NCBI GenBank assembly: GCA_050012255.1
Contig: JBEKHN010000002.1
Span: 1 to 64,000, forward strand
Length of the DNA: 64,000 nt
From: Candidatus Bathyarchaeia archaeon
Lineage (GTDB): Archaea; Thermoproteota; Bathyarchaeia; Bathyarchaeales; Bathycorpusculaceae
Reading direction: 5' to 3'
The translations under genes were made by a program, and so were the position numbers. Within the stretch, counting starts at the first letter, position 1. Each line of letters opens with the position of its first letter. The notes beneath the pieces are model-generated. The model did no database searches. It was given only the letters and a program-made list of their open reading frames with translations, and was not told where the DNA came from. Of this stretch, positions 37,229-47,965 are shown piece by piece.

Positions 37229-40200
37229 ATTGAGGGGAACAAGGTGTCTTTTCTTGGTTGCACTGATCCTCATTCCCATTTTTGTCCCCTTTGCAGTAAT
37301 TCTTCCAGAGGCTAAGGCTTCTTCCGGCGAAGCAGATGTGTACATACTTGAATTGAGTAGCGTCCCAGCCGAAGCCGATGGGGTCGCGATTAATCAAACG
37401 CAGGTCCAAATGGGAGCCATCAACGCTTGTTTGCCAAACGGCCCAACTATAAACTTGAACCTTCCGGCAGTTCATCCGGAAGCCAATGGCTATAACCCTT
37501 ACTATCAGGCGACTGCCGAAGTGGTCACGACATGGACCGAGTACGAGCAGATAGTGCTCAGCTCCGTCGGCAAGATAATCGTCAACACTCACGGGGATTA
37601 CCTGCCGGTTCCCAGCGACTACAACAAGAGGGCGTGGGTTGACACGATAGCAGAAGCCATGGCAACCAGGCGACTCTCATGGGTACATTGTGGGGGATAC
37701 ACGTTCTACGAGGTCTACGACGAAAACGGCACCAACGAAGGCAACTGGACTGAAACAGTGAATGGAGCGGTGCTGGGAGCCGGGTTCGACCAGCTTATGA
37801 GTCACATAGGAATTCAAAACGCCAATATCACCACACCGCCAGGCGCGGGTATCGGTGGTGGTACAGCTGCGGAGGTTGGGATAGACACAACGCAGGAACC
37901 CGCAACGGATTGGGCAGGACTTGGCGGTGGGATTTCCGAATATGTTGAGAACCCCCTCAGAGAGGACCAATTTCTCAACCGCGTGAACTCGACCTTTTTT
38001 CACCCTTGGCCGGGAAAAGACGGCCAGATATACATGCCAGGGGGAGTCGTGTCTTTTGCTGAAACGAACGTGAGGAACGCCTCAGCTCAAGGAGCGGGAG
38101 TCTACGTTCATCTAGGAGTCGGAGGAGAAAGTAGTAGTGACTACTGGAACGGATATATCGGGACGGCCGCGGCTTTATTGCCAGAATGTTGGACTTTTGG
38201 AGGACAGACGGATGCCAAACAAGTGAACTATGGTGTTTCAATCTTCAACGCGACAATAGGTGTGGAGCCCGTTATCACTCGTGTGCAGCATGACAACACC
38301 GACATCTCGTTTGATATGGTGTTCGGAATTTATGGAGCGACACAAAATGATCAGGTGCAGTTCTCCGGATGGTGGTTCGCCTGGGCGCAGGGGAGCCATT
38401 CATATGAGCCAAGCTTTTGGTTGGACCTACCAGATAACAACTGGTCAGATGTTTGGACGCAAGCTGATGCAATCCAATCAGGAGGCTCCGGAGGAGGTGG
38501 ATTGGGTATATTACCTCCTTTGATTGATGGCACAATGTGGTTCGTGAGTTTGCCTGGTTTGTTGACTGGTCCGATTGGCGGCATTGCCTCAGGTATTCTG
38601 TGGGGGATTGGCGGTTTGCAGCTGTTGGCCCAATGGGCCATGCAAGGGGCTGATTACACACAGGGAGTCAACCAGCCCGATCATGGGTGCTATTTTAATT
38701 TTTGGCCAGGTGAGACCGATACCGTCAACAATGGGGTTGATTACTATGAGTTTGAGACATTTGTGGGAGTCCATGTCACGATACCGCGCGCACACAGTCC
38801 GGCAAGAACCGGATGGATGACTTTTCCCCTTCACTATAACATTTCAGCATGCCCAAATTGGCATGATGCGGGCCCAACGCTCTCAGTGGCCGACACTCTG
38901 CAGATAGCAGTCTATTTCGGTAACGGCGGTCAATCAGACGCAGGAAGTGGCCGCGATACTGGCCACTCCTACAACGATCCCAACGTCGTAAATGTGATGC
39001 CCAATACGAACTTCCACGGGTATCTAGAGGGCTACCCGCCGGACAATGAGGATTGGTACAGTTTCAGCTTCAGCGACAGCAACAAGAAGGAAATCTACTT
39101 TGACATGACTCCGCCGAGCTACGTCGATTTCAATCTTCAACTCTACAATTCGGATGGTTCGCCCAATGGGCTCGTTGCCTCGTCGAACAACCCAGCTGGC
39201 CAGGCAGAACACGTGGAGACGTACAGCAACTTGACTGGACCTTGGTACGTCAGGATCTACCCTGGTTCAGACCCTGATTCAATATCCCACTCAGGTGTAT
39301 ACTCATGCTCGTTAAGCAGCCTCAAGGGTGACATAAACCTTGACGGCACAGTTGACATCTACGACGCCATCAAACTTGAAGGAGCGTTCAACTCCAACAG
39401 CGGTGATCCGCGTTTTAGCCCCTGCGCAGACATCAATGGCGACGGCACGGTAGACATTTATGACGCTATCATACTAGCTGCCAATTTTGGAAAATCCTAC
39501 CAAGCTGGGAAAGGCATGTCTAGTCAAAAGTTGCTTGCCGGGACAATGACTCAAGGCGGAGCTAGTGTCCTCGTGAACCCGAGCCAGCTCACCGTGTTCA
39601 AGGGCGAAGTCTTCGCGGTCAACGTGAAAGTAACGGGCGTTACAGACCTGCAGGGCTGGGAGTTTAAGCTCTACTGGAACAGCACCGTGCTCAACTGCAC
39701 GAACGTCGTCGTCCAAACTCCATCCGAGTGGCAGAACAACACGCAGAATTACGGTTCAGGCCTAGAGCCCACCTACAACGCTACGCACGCGCGGTATTGG
39801 CAGGCTCAAGCCGCCGCTTACCCAGCGTCGTCATTCAACGGGTCCATGACAATCGCAACCCTAACGTTCCAAGCACTGCAGCCCGGAACCACGTCTCTGA
39901 CACTGGCAGACGTCAAGCTCGGAAACAGCACGGCCGAACCCATAGCCTGCAGCGTGTCAAGCGGCTCCGTAAACGTCTACTATGGCCGGTACATGCGCAG
40001 CGACACCCAAACCGTCAACGGCCTAAATGCCTACGTCCTGAACATTCCAGAGTCAACCAGCAGCGCCTCCTTCACGCAGTCTGGAAGCGGACATGGAGCC
40101 TCTTGGGGCATAAGAGCTTGGGTCCGTCACTCGAACGGCGTTGAACAGGAGATAAGCTTGGACGGTCAGACGGGAACGCCGAAGGCCGTGGTGGGGAGAA

Positions 40201-40490
40201 GCAGTGGGTCGGGCATAGAGAGCGGCACGGTCTCAGTGGCTCAAACAGCCTTGCAGCAGACAGACTCCCTCGTCATACGCGTCTACGTGCAAGTCGGCGG
40301 GTCAGGCTGGACTCTGTGCGCAACCTTCACAACCGAACAGCTCCAAGCCACAACCCTCCAAGCAACAACCGGGACAGTCTACTACTACACGTACGCCTCC
40401 TACCTCCGACCTTACAACTGGACAACATCCACGTTCTACTGGGGAACCACCACCTACAACAGCCAAATACAAAACCTCCAATACACTTAG
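37194..40490 (+). CDS. Large surface protein with PPC-like, dockerin and cohesin domains
   Basis: DWYSF...DFNLQLY...WYVRI (PPC); DINLDGTVDIYD and DINGDGTVDIYD (dockerin); FAVNVKV..VTDLQGWEFKLYWN...IATLTF (cohesin). Confidence 0.85.
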   Translation: MGRSREATRRRKLRGTRCLFLVALILIPIFVPFAVILPEAKASSGEADVYILELSSVPAEADGVAINQTQVQMGAINACLPNGPTINLNLPAVHPEANGYNPYYQATAEVVTTWTEYEQIVLSSVGKIIVNTHGDYLPVPSDYNKRAWVDTIAEAMATRRLSWVHCGGYTFYEVYDENGTNEGNWTETVNGAVLGAGFDQLMSHIGIQNANITTPPGAGIGGGTAAEVGIDTTQEPATDWAGLGGGISEYVENPLREDQFLNRVNSTFFHPWPGKDGQIYMPGGVVSFAETNVRNASAQGAGVYVHLGVGGESSSDYWNGYIGTAAALLPECWTFGGQTDAKQVNYGVSIFNATIGVEPVITRVQHDNTDISFDMVFGIYGATQNDQVQFSGWWFAWAQGSHSYEPSFWLDLPDNNWSDVWTQADAIQSGGSGGGGLGILPPLIDGTMWFVSLPGLLTGPIGGIASGILWGIGGLQLLAQWAMQGADYTQGVNQPDHGCYFNFWPGETDTVNNGVDYYEFETFVGVHVTIPRAHSPARTGWMTFPLHYNISACPNWHDAGPTLSVADTLQIAVYFGNGGQSDAGSGRDTGHSYNDPNVVNVMPNTNFHGYLEGYPPDNEDWYSFSFSDSNKKEIYFDMTPPSYVDFNLQLYNSDGSPNGLVASSNNPAGQAEHVETYSNLTGPWYVRIYPGSDPDSISHSGVYSCSLSSLKGDINLDGTVDIYDAIKLEGAFNSNSGDPRFSPCADINGDGTVDIYDAIILAANFGKSYQAGKGMSSQKLLAGTMTQGGASVLVNPSQLTVFKGEVFAVNVKVTGVTDLQGWEFKLYWNSTVLNCTNVVVQTPSEWQNNTQNYGSGLEPTYNATHARYWQAQAAAYPASSFNGSMTIATLTFQALQPGTTSLTLADVKLGNSTAEPIACSVSSGSVNVYYGRYMRSDTQTVNGLNAYVLNIPESTSSASFTQSGSGHGASWGIRAWVRHSNGVEQEISLDGQTGTPKAVVGRSSGSGIESGTVSVAQTALQQTDSLVIRVYVQVGGSGWTLCATFTTEQLQATTLQATTGTVYYYTYASYLRPYNWTTSTFYWGTTTYNSQIQNLQYT

Positions 40491-40576
40491 ACGCCAATTT
40501 AGACAGAATAGATGGAACGGAAACAGCCAAAAACAATCGGGTGGACAGAAAATAGCCATCTGAACAAGTGGGGCAC

Positions 40577-40637
40577 CCTTTTGCTGGTAAATTGGTGCTG
40601 AAATCCCTTCCCCGGCACCATTTTACCGTTTGAAAGG
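40577..40637. other. Long imperfect inverted repeat at the right edge of the surface-protein island
   Basis: GGTAAATTGGTGCTG ... CGGCACCATTTTACC, extendable to CCTTT/AAAGG. Confidence 0.6.
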
Positions 40638-40794
40638 CGATTCTAGACTATTTTGGGTGCTGGGCTTTCTAGGTTTTGCCGTGCCGCCTTAAGTGACCAG
40701 TGGGATCACTCTCACAGATGCTGTGTTTTACTAGTATCTTGTGCGGGCGTCGATATCGCCTAGTTGTTGACAAGCACAAGTTCTCTGGGGGTTG

Positions 40795-40986
40795 TCAGCA
40801 ACAGCAACAATCATCGTCGTCCTCGGAATCTTTGTCAGCAAATCTTCGCGGGTTTTTTTCAAACACTTCCTTGCAGGATTGATTACAGAAGTAGTAGGTT
40901 TTCCCATCGTATTCAGATTTCAATGTTGCTGTTTTCTCATCTACGTTCATTCCGCAAACTGGATCCTTTACCATGCTTATCTTCAC
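40795..40986 (-). CDS. YHS-domain metal-binding protein
   Basis: DPVCGM, YYFCNQSC, C-terminal DDDDCCCC. Confidence 0.88.
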   Translation of the reverse strand: MKISMVKDPVCGMNVDEKTATLKSEYDGKTYYFCNQSCKEVFEKNPRRFADKDSEDDDDCCCC

Positions 40987-40996
40987 CTCCCTCAGT

Positions 40997-43111
40997 TCAT
41001 TGCTTCACGGTTTTTTGATCAAGCTTCTCGAATTCGAATCGTGACAGCTTCAACAGTGCAGAGTTGCTGACCACTGTGAGAGAGCTGATTGCCATTGCTC
41101 CTGCCGCGAACATTGGGTTCAGCAATCCGATGGCGGCTACTGGGATCATGACCGTGTTGTATATGAATGCCCAGAACAGGTTGGTGTTGATTTTCATCAT
41201 TGTTTTTTTGCTTAGCTCTACCCCGAGCGCCACATCTCGCAAGTCATCTTTTATCAGCACTATGCCGCCTGTTTCCTTCGCGATGTCGGTTCCGCTTCCT
41301 ATGGCTATGCCAATGTCTGCTTGAGCTAGTGCTGGAGCATCGTTTATGCCGTCGCCGACCATTGCCACTGTTTTCCCTTCTGCTTGCAGCTTCTTGATCG
41401 CGTTAACCTTCTCCCACGGCAGAACGTTGGCTATCACTTGGTCTATTCCTGCTTGTTTTCCAATTGCTCTTCCCGTCCTTTCGTTGTCGCCTGTCAGGAT
41501 AATCACTTCTAGCCCCAAGCTCTTCAACTTGCTAACGGCCTCGATTGCATGGTCCTTGAGAGTGTCCATGGCTGCAACTACGCCCGCGGGTCCGCGGTTA
41601 ACGGCAAGGATCATCACTGTCTTGCCTTGCTCCTCCAGCCTCTGGAGATCTGGCTCCAGTGGTTCAACTGAAACATTCTCACTCTGCATGAGTTTCCGAT
41701 TTCCAAGAAGTATGACCTTGTTTTCATAAGTGCACTTTACTCCCTGTCCGGGAACTGCCTCGAATGATTCTACGTCAGGAATGTTAGGCGCAATCTGTTG
41801 GGCTTTGTTGAGTATTGCCTCTGCCAGTGGGTGTTCAGAGCTCTTCTCAGCTATGGCAGCAAGTTTCAGCACGTCTTTTTCAGTGTAGTCATTGTACGTT
41901 AGTACGTCAGTGACTGATGGTTCTCCTTTCGTCAGCGTTCCGGTCTTGTCAAACACAACCGTTTTCAGTTTTCTAGCTCTCTCAACGTACTCGCCGCTAC
42001 GGAGCAGCACACCATATTCTGCGCCTTTGCCCACTCCCGCCAATATAGCCGTGGGAGTTGCGATGCCCAAGGCACATGGACAGGCGATGAGCAATACCGC
42101 GAGCAGCGCGAAGAAGGCGGCTGAGAATCCGCTTGCGATGTACCAGTAAGCAAAGGAGACTGCCGCAACAGAGAAAACTATGGGCACGAATTTCCCGACA
42201 ACCCGATCCGCAAATCTCTGAACAGGCGCACTTGAGGCCTGCGCTTCCTCAACGAGATGCACAATCTGAGCGAGCGCTGTCTGTTCTCCGACCTTCGTTG
42301 CCTTGATCCTGAGGAGCCCAGTTTTGTTCATTGTTGCGCCTATGACTTCGCTTCCAACATCCTTCTCAACGGGTATGCTCTCGCCGGTGATGATTTTCTC
42401 ATCAACCGAAGAGTATCCTGATATCACAACTCCGTCTGTTGGTATTTTTTCGCCAGGCTTCACTATCAGAATGTCGTTTGCCTGTACTTCATCGATCGGA
42501 ACTTCGATTTCTTTTCCGTCTTTGAGGACTCTGGCCGTTGTCGGTTGAAGTTCAAGCAGTTTCCGGATGGAGGCGGCTGACCTTCTGCGTATACTTTCTT
42601 CGATGTACTTCCCCAAGAGAACAAAAGCCAGTATGCCAACGGATATCTCTAGATATCCTTCTCCTCCACTGGCTGCGCTGGGGAAGAAAGCGTATGCCGC
42701 GCCGTAGGTCCATCCTGCCACTACTCCTGCAGATATCAACACATCCATGTTGACCGCACGGTTTCTGAGGGAACGGTAGGCTCCTACGATGATGCTGCGA
42801 CCAGCCCACCACACGACAGGAGTTGATACGATGAAAAGCGCTAATTCGTAGACTTTGAGCCCGCCAATGAGGGTGGAAGACATCAACACGGCCACAATGC
42901 TGAACAAGGCTAGCACTCGGAGTCCAGCCACAGCGACTACGCCTGCGAGCGTGATCGCGACCCTTCGCTTCATTGCCTTCAACTCTCGTTCGGGCTGCTC
43001 GTAGATGTCGGCGCATGATTGACTGCAGAAGTAATACGTGCGGTCTCCAATCTTCTTCTTGATCGCCTTGCCTTTGTCTACGTCCATACCGCACACGGGG
43101 TCTCTTGGCAA
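40997..43111 (-). CDS. copA: Cu(I)-type P1B ATPase with N-terminal YHS domain
   Basis: CPCALG, DKTGT, SEHPLA, YN, MAISS. Confidence 0.92.
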   Translation of the reverse strand: MPRDPVCGMDVDKGKAIKKKIGDRTYYFCSQSCADIYEQPERELKAMKRRVAITLAGVVAVAGLRVLALFSIVAVLMSSTLIGGLKVYELALFIVSTPVVWWAGRSIIVGAYRSLRNRAVNMDVLISAGVVAGWTYGAAYAFFPSAASGGEGYLEISVGILAFVLLGKYIEESIRRRSAASIRKLLELQPTTARVLKDGKEIEVPIDEVQANDILIVKPGEKIPTDGVVISGYSSVDEKIITGESIPVEKDVGSEVIGATMNKTGLLRIKATKVGEQTALAQIVHLVEEAQASSAPVQRFADRVVGKFVPIVFSVAAVSFAYWYIASGFSAAFFALLAVLLIACPCALGIATPTAILAGVGKGAEYGVLLRSGEYVERARKLKTVVFDKTGTLTKGEPSVTDVLTYNDYTEKDVLKLAAIAEKSSEHPLAEAILNKAQQIAPNIPDVESFEAVPGQGVKCTYENKVILLGNRKLMQSENVSVEPLEPDLQRLEEQGKTVMILAVNRGPAGVVAAMDTLKDHAIEAVSKLKSLGLEVIILTGDNERTGRAIGKQAGIDQVIANVLPWEKVNAIKKLQAEGKTVAMVGDGINDAPALAQADIGIAIGSGTDIAKETGGIVLIKDDLRDVALGVELSKKTMMKINTNLFWAFIYNTVMIPVAAIGLLNPMFAAGAMAISSLTVVSNSALLKLSRFEFEKLDQKTVKQ

Positions 43112-43166
43112 GATTTTCTCCTCGATTATGATATTTGTAATCGGTTGTAGATGCCGAAGTATTTAA

Positions 43167-43187
43167 ATATATCTTTTTCAGATATAT
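43167..43187. promoter_or_regulatory. Palindromic operator between divergent copA and PadR genes
   Basis: ATATATCT-N5-AGATATAT flanked by TTTAAA boxes. Confidence 0.65.
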
Positions 43188-43213
43188 GTTTTAAAGATAC
43201 GTCTGGTGAATAC

Positions 43214-43666
43214 ATGTCTAGCAAGGAAATAGACGAAATTGTGTCGGACTTCTCGCGCTTCTATATCCTGACCATTCTATACGAAGGACCGCAGCATGGC
43301 TACAGTATCATCAGCAAATTCAGAAAAAGGATAGGCAAGGAGATCAGCCCAAGCTTAGTGTATCCGTTCCTAAGTCAACTTGAGAAAAAAGGCCTTGTGG
43401 AACACTCGTTAAAGCCGGTCGGCGAGAAAAAGAAGAAAGTCTTCGAATTGACGAAAAAGGGCACGGAGCTCTGCAAGCAATTGTTCAAGCGTTTCTCAGC
43501 TCTCGTTTCAGTTGCCATCGAACCAAACCTAGAAGTGTGTGCGAGCTGCGGCTGCAAAGTGTACCAAGGCGGACACAGAGAGATCATCCATGGGAAGGAA
43601 ATGACCTTCTGTTGCGTGCATTGCGCGGCATCTTACAAAAGAGAAGTGCCGAGAAAATCTATCTAA
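43214..43666 (+). CDS. PadR-family regulator with C-terminal TRASH-like metal-binding domain
   Basis: HGY.I...SP..VYP.L..LE..G; CASCG...FCCVHC. Start MSSKE preferred. Confidence 0.88.
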   Translation: MSSKEIDEIVSDFSRFYILTILYEGPQHGYSIISKFRKRIGKEISPSLVYPFLSQLEKKGLVEHSLKPVGEKKKKVFELTKKGTELCKQLFKRFSALVSVAIEPNLEVCASCGCKVYQGGHREIIHGKEMTFCCVHCAASYKREVPRKSI

Positions 43667-43719
43667 ATCCCATAGCAGAATCACCTTAGCAAATGTAATC
43701 TATTAAGAAAAATCGGTTT

Positions 43720-44277
43720 TTACGCTTTGAACCATTTGAATATTACGTATTTTGTCTTTGTTTTCTCTGAGTTGGGCACTGCGATTATGAATCTCTTTCT
43801 AACGGTGGTCGCGAGTCTTCCGGCCTTGACTATTTCGGTGGCTGTCATCTCGGATTTGGCTTTTTTGACTGAGACCATGTAGGGGGCGTGTTCGACTCCT
43901 GGGCCGTGCTTGTAAACGGCGAAGTCGCAGCCAAACTTTATGCCGGGTGTGACGATTAGCTGGCTGTCTCTTAGGTCGCGGTAGACGGTGTACTTGTCGT
44001 CAAACTCTTCGTACAGCCGCTTGGCCACCTGGCGGAGCTTTCTTGGGCCGACTTTGATTTTTTTGGGGCCTTCGTGCACCGTTATGATGCCTTCTTCAAC
44101 CAGGTAGAGGCCTTCCATCAGGTCTAGAATGAGTGGAACGTTGAATTCTGGGATCTTGGGTTTGGCGATTCCGAGGGGTTTGCCGTAGAACCCTTTTCTG
44201 TAGAGTTCTGAGCCGTCTGTGGGGTTCCATACTACTAAGAAGTTTTCAATCAGTTCTACGCTTATTTTCTTGGGCAT
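43720..44277 (-). CDS. endA: tRNA-splicing endonuclease, catalytic subunit
   Basis: VYRDLR, GIKFGCDFAVY, HAPY, GRLATTVRK. Confidence 0.93.
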   Translation of the reverse strand: MPKKISVELIENFLVVWNPTDGSELYRKGFYGKPLGIAKPKIPEFNVPLILDLMEGLYLVEEGIITVHEGPKKIKVGPRKLRQVAKRLYEEFDDKYTVYRDLRDSQLIVTPGIKFGCDFAVYKHGPGVEHAPYMVSVKKAKSEMTATEIVKAGRLATTVRKRFIIAVPNSEKTKTKYVIFKWFKA

Positions 44278-44291
44278 CAGCTTGTTCGCCT

Positions 44292-44969
44292 TTACATCAT
44301 GAAGGAAAGGATTCGCACAGCGTCAGCCGCGTCTTCTGCTTTGTCTGCAGAATCCTCAAGAAGCTGCAGCACGTCTCTTAATAGTATTAAGGCGGGGAAG
44401 TCCATTTTGCTGCTGAGGAGTCTTATCTCGAGTTCGCGGTAGATCTCATCGACCTTTTGTTCGGCGATCTCAACGTCTTTGGCTTTTTCCATAGTTTTGC
44501 TTGCACCGTAGTTTAGGACCATCACTGTTTCTTTGAGCTTCACAATTGTCTCCAAAACGGCTTCTGAGAGCGTCAGCAGTTCCTTCTTTATGTCCGTGGG
44601 GACCTTCCAGTTGTGGTTCGTGATTTCGTTCAGTCGGAAGGCTATGCCCTCTGAGAAGTCTGCGATTTCGCTCGTTAGGTTAGTGAACCTTAAGAAATCT
44701 TCTCTGCTGAACAGGATGGCTCCTATTTCAGCCAGCTCCTGTGAGACTAGTCTTCTTGCCTTGTCAACCTCGTCTTCGCCGCTTCTAATTTCGCTGAAGA
44801 GCTGTTTTGCTCCGTCCTTGTCGTTCTTGTTGAAACAGTCTATCATCTGGGGAACCTTTCTGGTAACGTCTACGACTTTGCGCAGATGGTCTTGACAGAC
44901 GTTGAGCGCTCTGCGTTTTACTCGTTCTTCTGTTTCTGCTGGAAGGACCAAGTTTTTTCCCGCCCGCAA
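44292..44969 (-). CDS. DUF47/PhoU-like phosphate transport regulator
   Basis: EDEVD..RR, REDF, ADKAEDAAD. Confidence 0.85.
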   Translation of the reverse strand: MRAGKNLVLPAETEERVKRRALNVCQDHLRKVVDVTRKVPQMIDCFNKNDKDGAKQLFSEIRSGEDEVDKARRLVSQELAEIGAILFSREDFLRFTNLTSEIADFSEGIAFRLNEITNHNWKVPTDIKKELLTLSEAVLETIVKLKETVMVLNYGASKTMEKAKDVEIAEQKVDEIYRELEIRLLSSKMDFPALILLRDVLQLLEDSADKAEDAADAVRILSFMM

Positions 44970-45035
44970 AATAGGGCACTTTCTTCTATCCTTAGATGTG
45001 CTGAAGTCTTAAAAAAGTTAGCGAAACAAGAGTTT

Positions 45036-46817
45036 TCAAACGGGTTTGCCTAGCTGTTCAAATTCCATTATTCCCCTGAAATATCCGTGCAGAAACGTTT
45101 TCAGGTCCGAAATACGTGTTCTAACTTGTTTCCACGAGTCACGGTCACGGATCGTAACAGTGTCATCGCTCAGCGTGTCGTAATCAACCGTGATGCCCAG
45201 TTGCGCTCCAACTTCGTCTGCACGGGCGTATCTTCTGCCAATAGAGCCTGCCTCATCATACTCCGCTATAAAGCCTTCATCAATCAGCATCTTGTGCACT
45301 TCCAAAGCCTTCTGGGGCAGTTTGTCCTTGCTTATGAGAGGGTAGACTCCAACCTGAATAGGCGCAATGTCACGCGGGAAACTCAGCATCGCCCTGCCGT
45401 CCTTAACCCGATAGGCATACTCAAGAGCTACGTACAGAAGCCTGTCTGAGCCAAAACTGGGCTCAACGACATGAGGAATGAAATGTCTTCCACGCTCTAC
45501 GGTTTTTTCGCGTTGAACGTCAACGTGTTCAGGTAGGATCTTGTATTTTCCAAGCATGTAGTGGCCGTTCCTCTTCAAGGATGCTTCGAGTTCTTGTGGA
45601 TCGGCTTTTAACAGTTCTTCCGCAACTTTTGCTGCTTCTCCTTTGAAGCTTGGTCCAAGTTTAGCCATGATGGGTTTTATGGCAAGGTGTTCCCTCTCAA
45701 CTGGCTTTTCGTATTCCTTGAAAACTTGCATGTCCTGACCGCTGTGTTCCATGTGACTTTTGAGGTCGTAGTCCGTTCTGTCAGCGTGCCCAGAGACTTC
45801 AACCCAGCCCCATCGTTCAACCAGAACCTGCTGGTCGAAGGTTTGGCGCGCATAATGGGCCTTTTCCCACGGCAGCTTTTCGATGAACCTTTGTTTCTCC
45901 GCTGGAACACCAAGTTCGACCAAGAGTCTCTTAGCATATGCCATGAAGGTTGCATGCCACCCCGACTGGATAATACCTCTTTTCAACGCATCTCCCACCG
46001 TGGCTTCCGTGATGTCTTCTGAACCTTTCTGTCTTGTTTCTGCCAGAAGAATCCGAAGCTTTTCGTCTTCAACATCTTTCAAGAGATAACAGTTGGGTTC
46101 TTCAGGGTCGAAGAAAAATTCCAAGTCTGCTATCGTGAATTCTCTCACTCTTATCAGGCCCTGTCTGGGTGAGATTTCGTTTCTTAAGACGTGCCCTATC
46201 TGGAGGACGCCGAAGGGAAGCTTTTCTCGTGCCATTCCGTACAGGCGATTGAATTCTACGAATATGCCCTGCGCGGCTTCCGGTCTTCCGTAACCCACAG
46301 CTTTTGAATATGGGCCTATGGTGGTTTTGAACATCGTTAGGAAAGTCTCTGCTTTGCCGAAGACGCCGCCGCAGTCTGGACATTTAATCTTGTTCCTCTT
46401 GATCGCTTCGTCAATCTCGGTTAAACTTAGTTTTTCAGCATCTGTCTCACTCATCTTCGCAAATTCCTCGAGCAAGTGGTCTGCACGGAATCTTTTGTCA
46501 CACTTAGTGCATTCAACGAGGGGTTCTTTGAAGTGGGTGATGTGGCCTGAGGCTTCGAAAACCTCTGCTGGAGCGATCACAGGTGATTCGATCTCCAAGA
46601 CTCCGAGTTTGTTCACGAAAAGCTCTCGCAGTTTCTTCTCGATGTTTTGTTTCAGCCTTGCACCCAATGGACCGTAGGTTACGAAACCGCTTACGCCGCC
46701 GTAGATCTCGTATGATTGCCAGAAAAAGCCGCGTCGCCGTGCAAGTTCGTTGATGATCGTGAACTTGTCTGGGGCTTTCTCACCTTTCATTTCCTCAGCC
46801 TCCTCTAAAGTAAACAT
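45036..46817 (-). CDS. glyS: Glycine--tRNA ligase (alpha2 type)
   Basis: RPEAAQG, RNEISPRQGL.RVREF, EPSFG.DR, anticodon domain. Confidence 0.95.
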   Translation of the reverse strand: MFTLEEAEEMKGEKAPDKFTIINELARRRGFFWQSYEIYGGVSGFVTYGPLGARLKQNIEKKLRELFVNKLGVLEIESPVIAPAEVFEASGHITHFKEPLVECTKCDKRFRADHLLEEFAKMSETDAEKLSLTEIDEAIKRNKIKCPDCGGVFGKAETFLTMFKTTIGPYSKAVGYGRPEAAQGIFVEFNRLYGMAREKLPFGVLQIGHVLRNEISPRQGLIRVREFTIADLEFFFDPEEPNCYLLKDVEDEKLRILLAETRQKGSEDITEATVGDALKRGIIQSGWHATFMAYAKRLLVELGVPAEKQRFIEKLPWEKAHYARQTFDQQVLVERWGWVEVSGHADRTDYDLKSHMEHSGQDMQVFKEYEKPVEREHLAIKPIMAKLGPSFKGEAAKVAEELLKADPQELEASLKRNGHYMLGKYKILPEHVDVQREKTVERGRHFIPHVVEPSFGSDRLLYVALEYAYRVKDGRAMLSFPRDIAPIQVGVYPLISKDKLPQKALEVHKMLIDEGFIAEYDEAGSIGRRYARADEVGAQLGITVDYDTLSDDTVTIRDRDSWKQVRTRISDLKTFLHGYFRGIMEFEQLGKPV

Positions 46818-46921
46818 CTCAGAAACATTAACCTTACTAACCTGCGTATTCTGGAAAACAGAAATTGTGGGGACAAAACTTAACTTCGTTGATGACGTAA
46901 AAAAGACGATTGGTGAATCGT

Positions 46922-47965
46922 ATGCCTGCAGAGGTTAAGCTTCTCGAAAAATTATCAAATGCCTTCGGGCCTTCTGGAAACGAGGAAGATGTGACTGAGA
47001 TTCTGAAGAAAGAGCTCAAAGGATACGCTGATGAAACGCATATCGATAAGCTTGGGAACGCACTTTTCTACCACCACGGGAAAAAGGGCTATCCTAAGAT
47101 CATGCTTTCAGCTCACATGGACGAGGTCGGCTTCATAATCACATTCATAGAGGAAAATGGCTTTCTACGTTTTGACATACTCGGAGGCATAACCAACAAC
47201 ATCATGCCTGGACAGAGGATACTCTTCAGGGGAGACAAAGGCTACCTTAAGGGAATCGTAGGAACTAAGCCTCCTCACATTATGACGCCTGAAGAACAGA
47301 ACAAGATAATACCCAAAGAAGATCTTTTCATCGACATAGGCGCTGAGAGTCTCTCTCAGGCGCAGGGAAAGGGCGCAGACGTAGGGACCATGGGCGTCTT
47401 CGACGTAGAGTTCGCAGACTTGGGAGATGGATACTTTAGGGGCAAGGCGCTTGATGACAGAGCTGGGTGCACCGTCCTTGCAGAAGTATTCAAGACTCTG
47501 AAAGACTCCCCTTACAACGTTGTTGCCGTCGGATCGGTCCAGGAAGAACTCGGGATGAGAGGGGCAAGAACTGCAGCTTGGCAGGTAGACCCCGACTATG
47601 GGCTCGCTGTGGAGGGAACCTTCGTGGCAGACGTTCCAGGCACGAGGCCAGACAGAGTTTCCTCCAAGATCAAGGGCGGCCCTGTTGTAACAATAATGGA
47701 CAGAACAGCTTTTACGCATCCTCATGTTCTCAAGGCATTGATCAAGGCCGCGAAGCAGAAGCCGATACCTTTCCAGTTCAAGAAGGTGCCGGTGGGCGGA
47801 ACAGATGCGGGTGCGATCCATCTCACGCGGGCAGGTGTGCCGAGCGGAACCGTGGCCGTGCCCTGCAGGTATATTCATGGACTGGCCTCAATCATCCACG
47901 CTGACGATCTGCGGAACACCATAAGACTGGTAACAGAGTTTGTGAAAACGATATCCGTAAGATAA
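46922..47965 (+). CDS. M42 (TET) aminopeptidase
   Basis: AHMDEVG, ALDDRAG, QEELG, GGTDAG, RYIH. Confidence 0.93.
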   Translation: MPAEVKLLEKLSNAFGPSGNEEDVTEILKKELKGYADETHIDKLGNALFYHHGKKGYPKIMLSAHMDEVGFIITFIEENGFLRFDILGGITNNIMPGQRILFRGDKGYLKGIVGTKPPHIMTPEEQNKIIPKEDLFIDIGAESLSQAQGKGADVGTMGVFDVEFADLGDGYFRGKALDDRAGCTVLAEVFKTLKDSPYNVVAVGSVQEELGMRGARTAAWQVDPDYGLAVEGTFVADVPGTRPDRVSSKIKGGPVVTIMDRTAFTHPHVLKALIKAAKQKPIPFQFKKVPVGGTDAGAIHLTRAGVPSGTVAVPCRYIHGLASIIHADDLRNTIRLVTEFVKTISVR

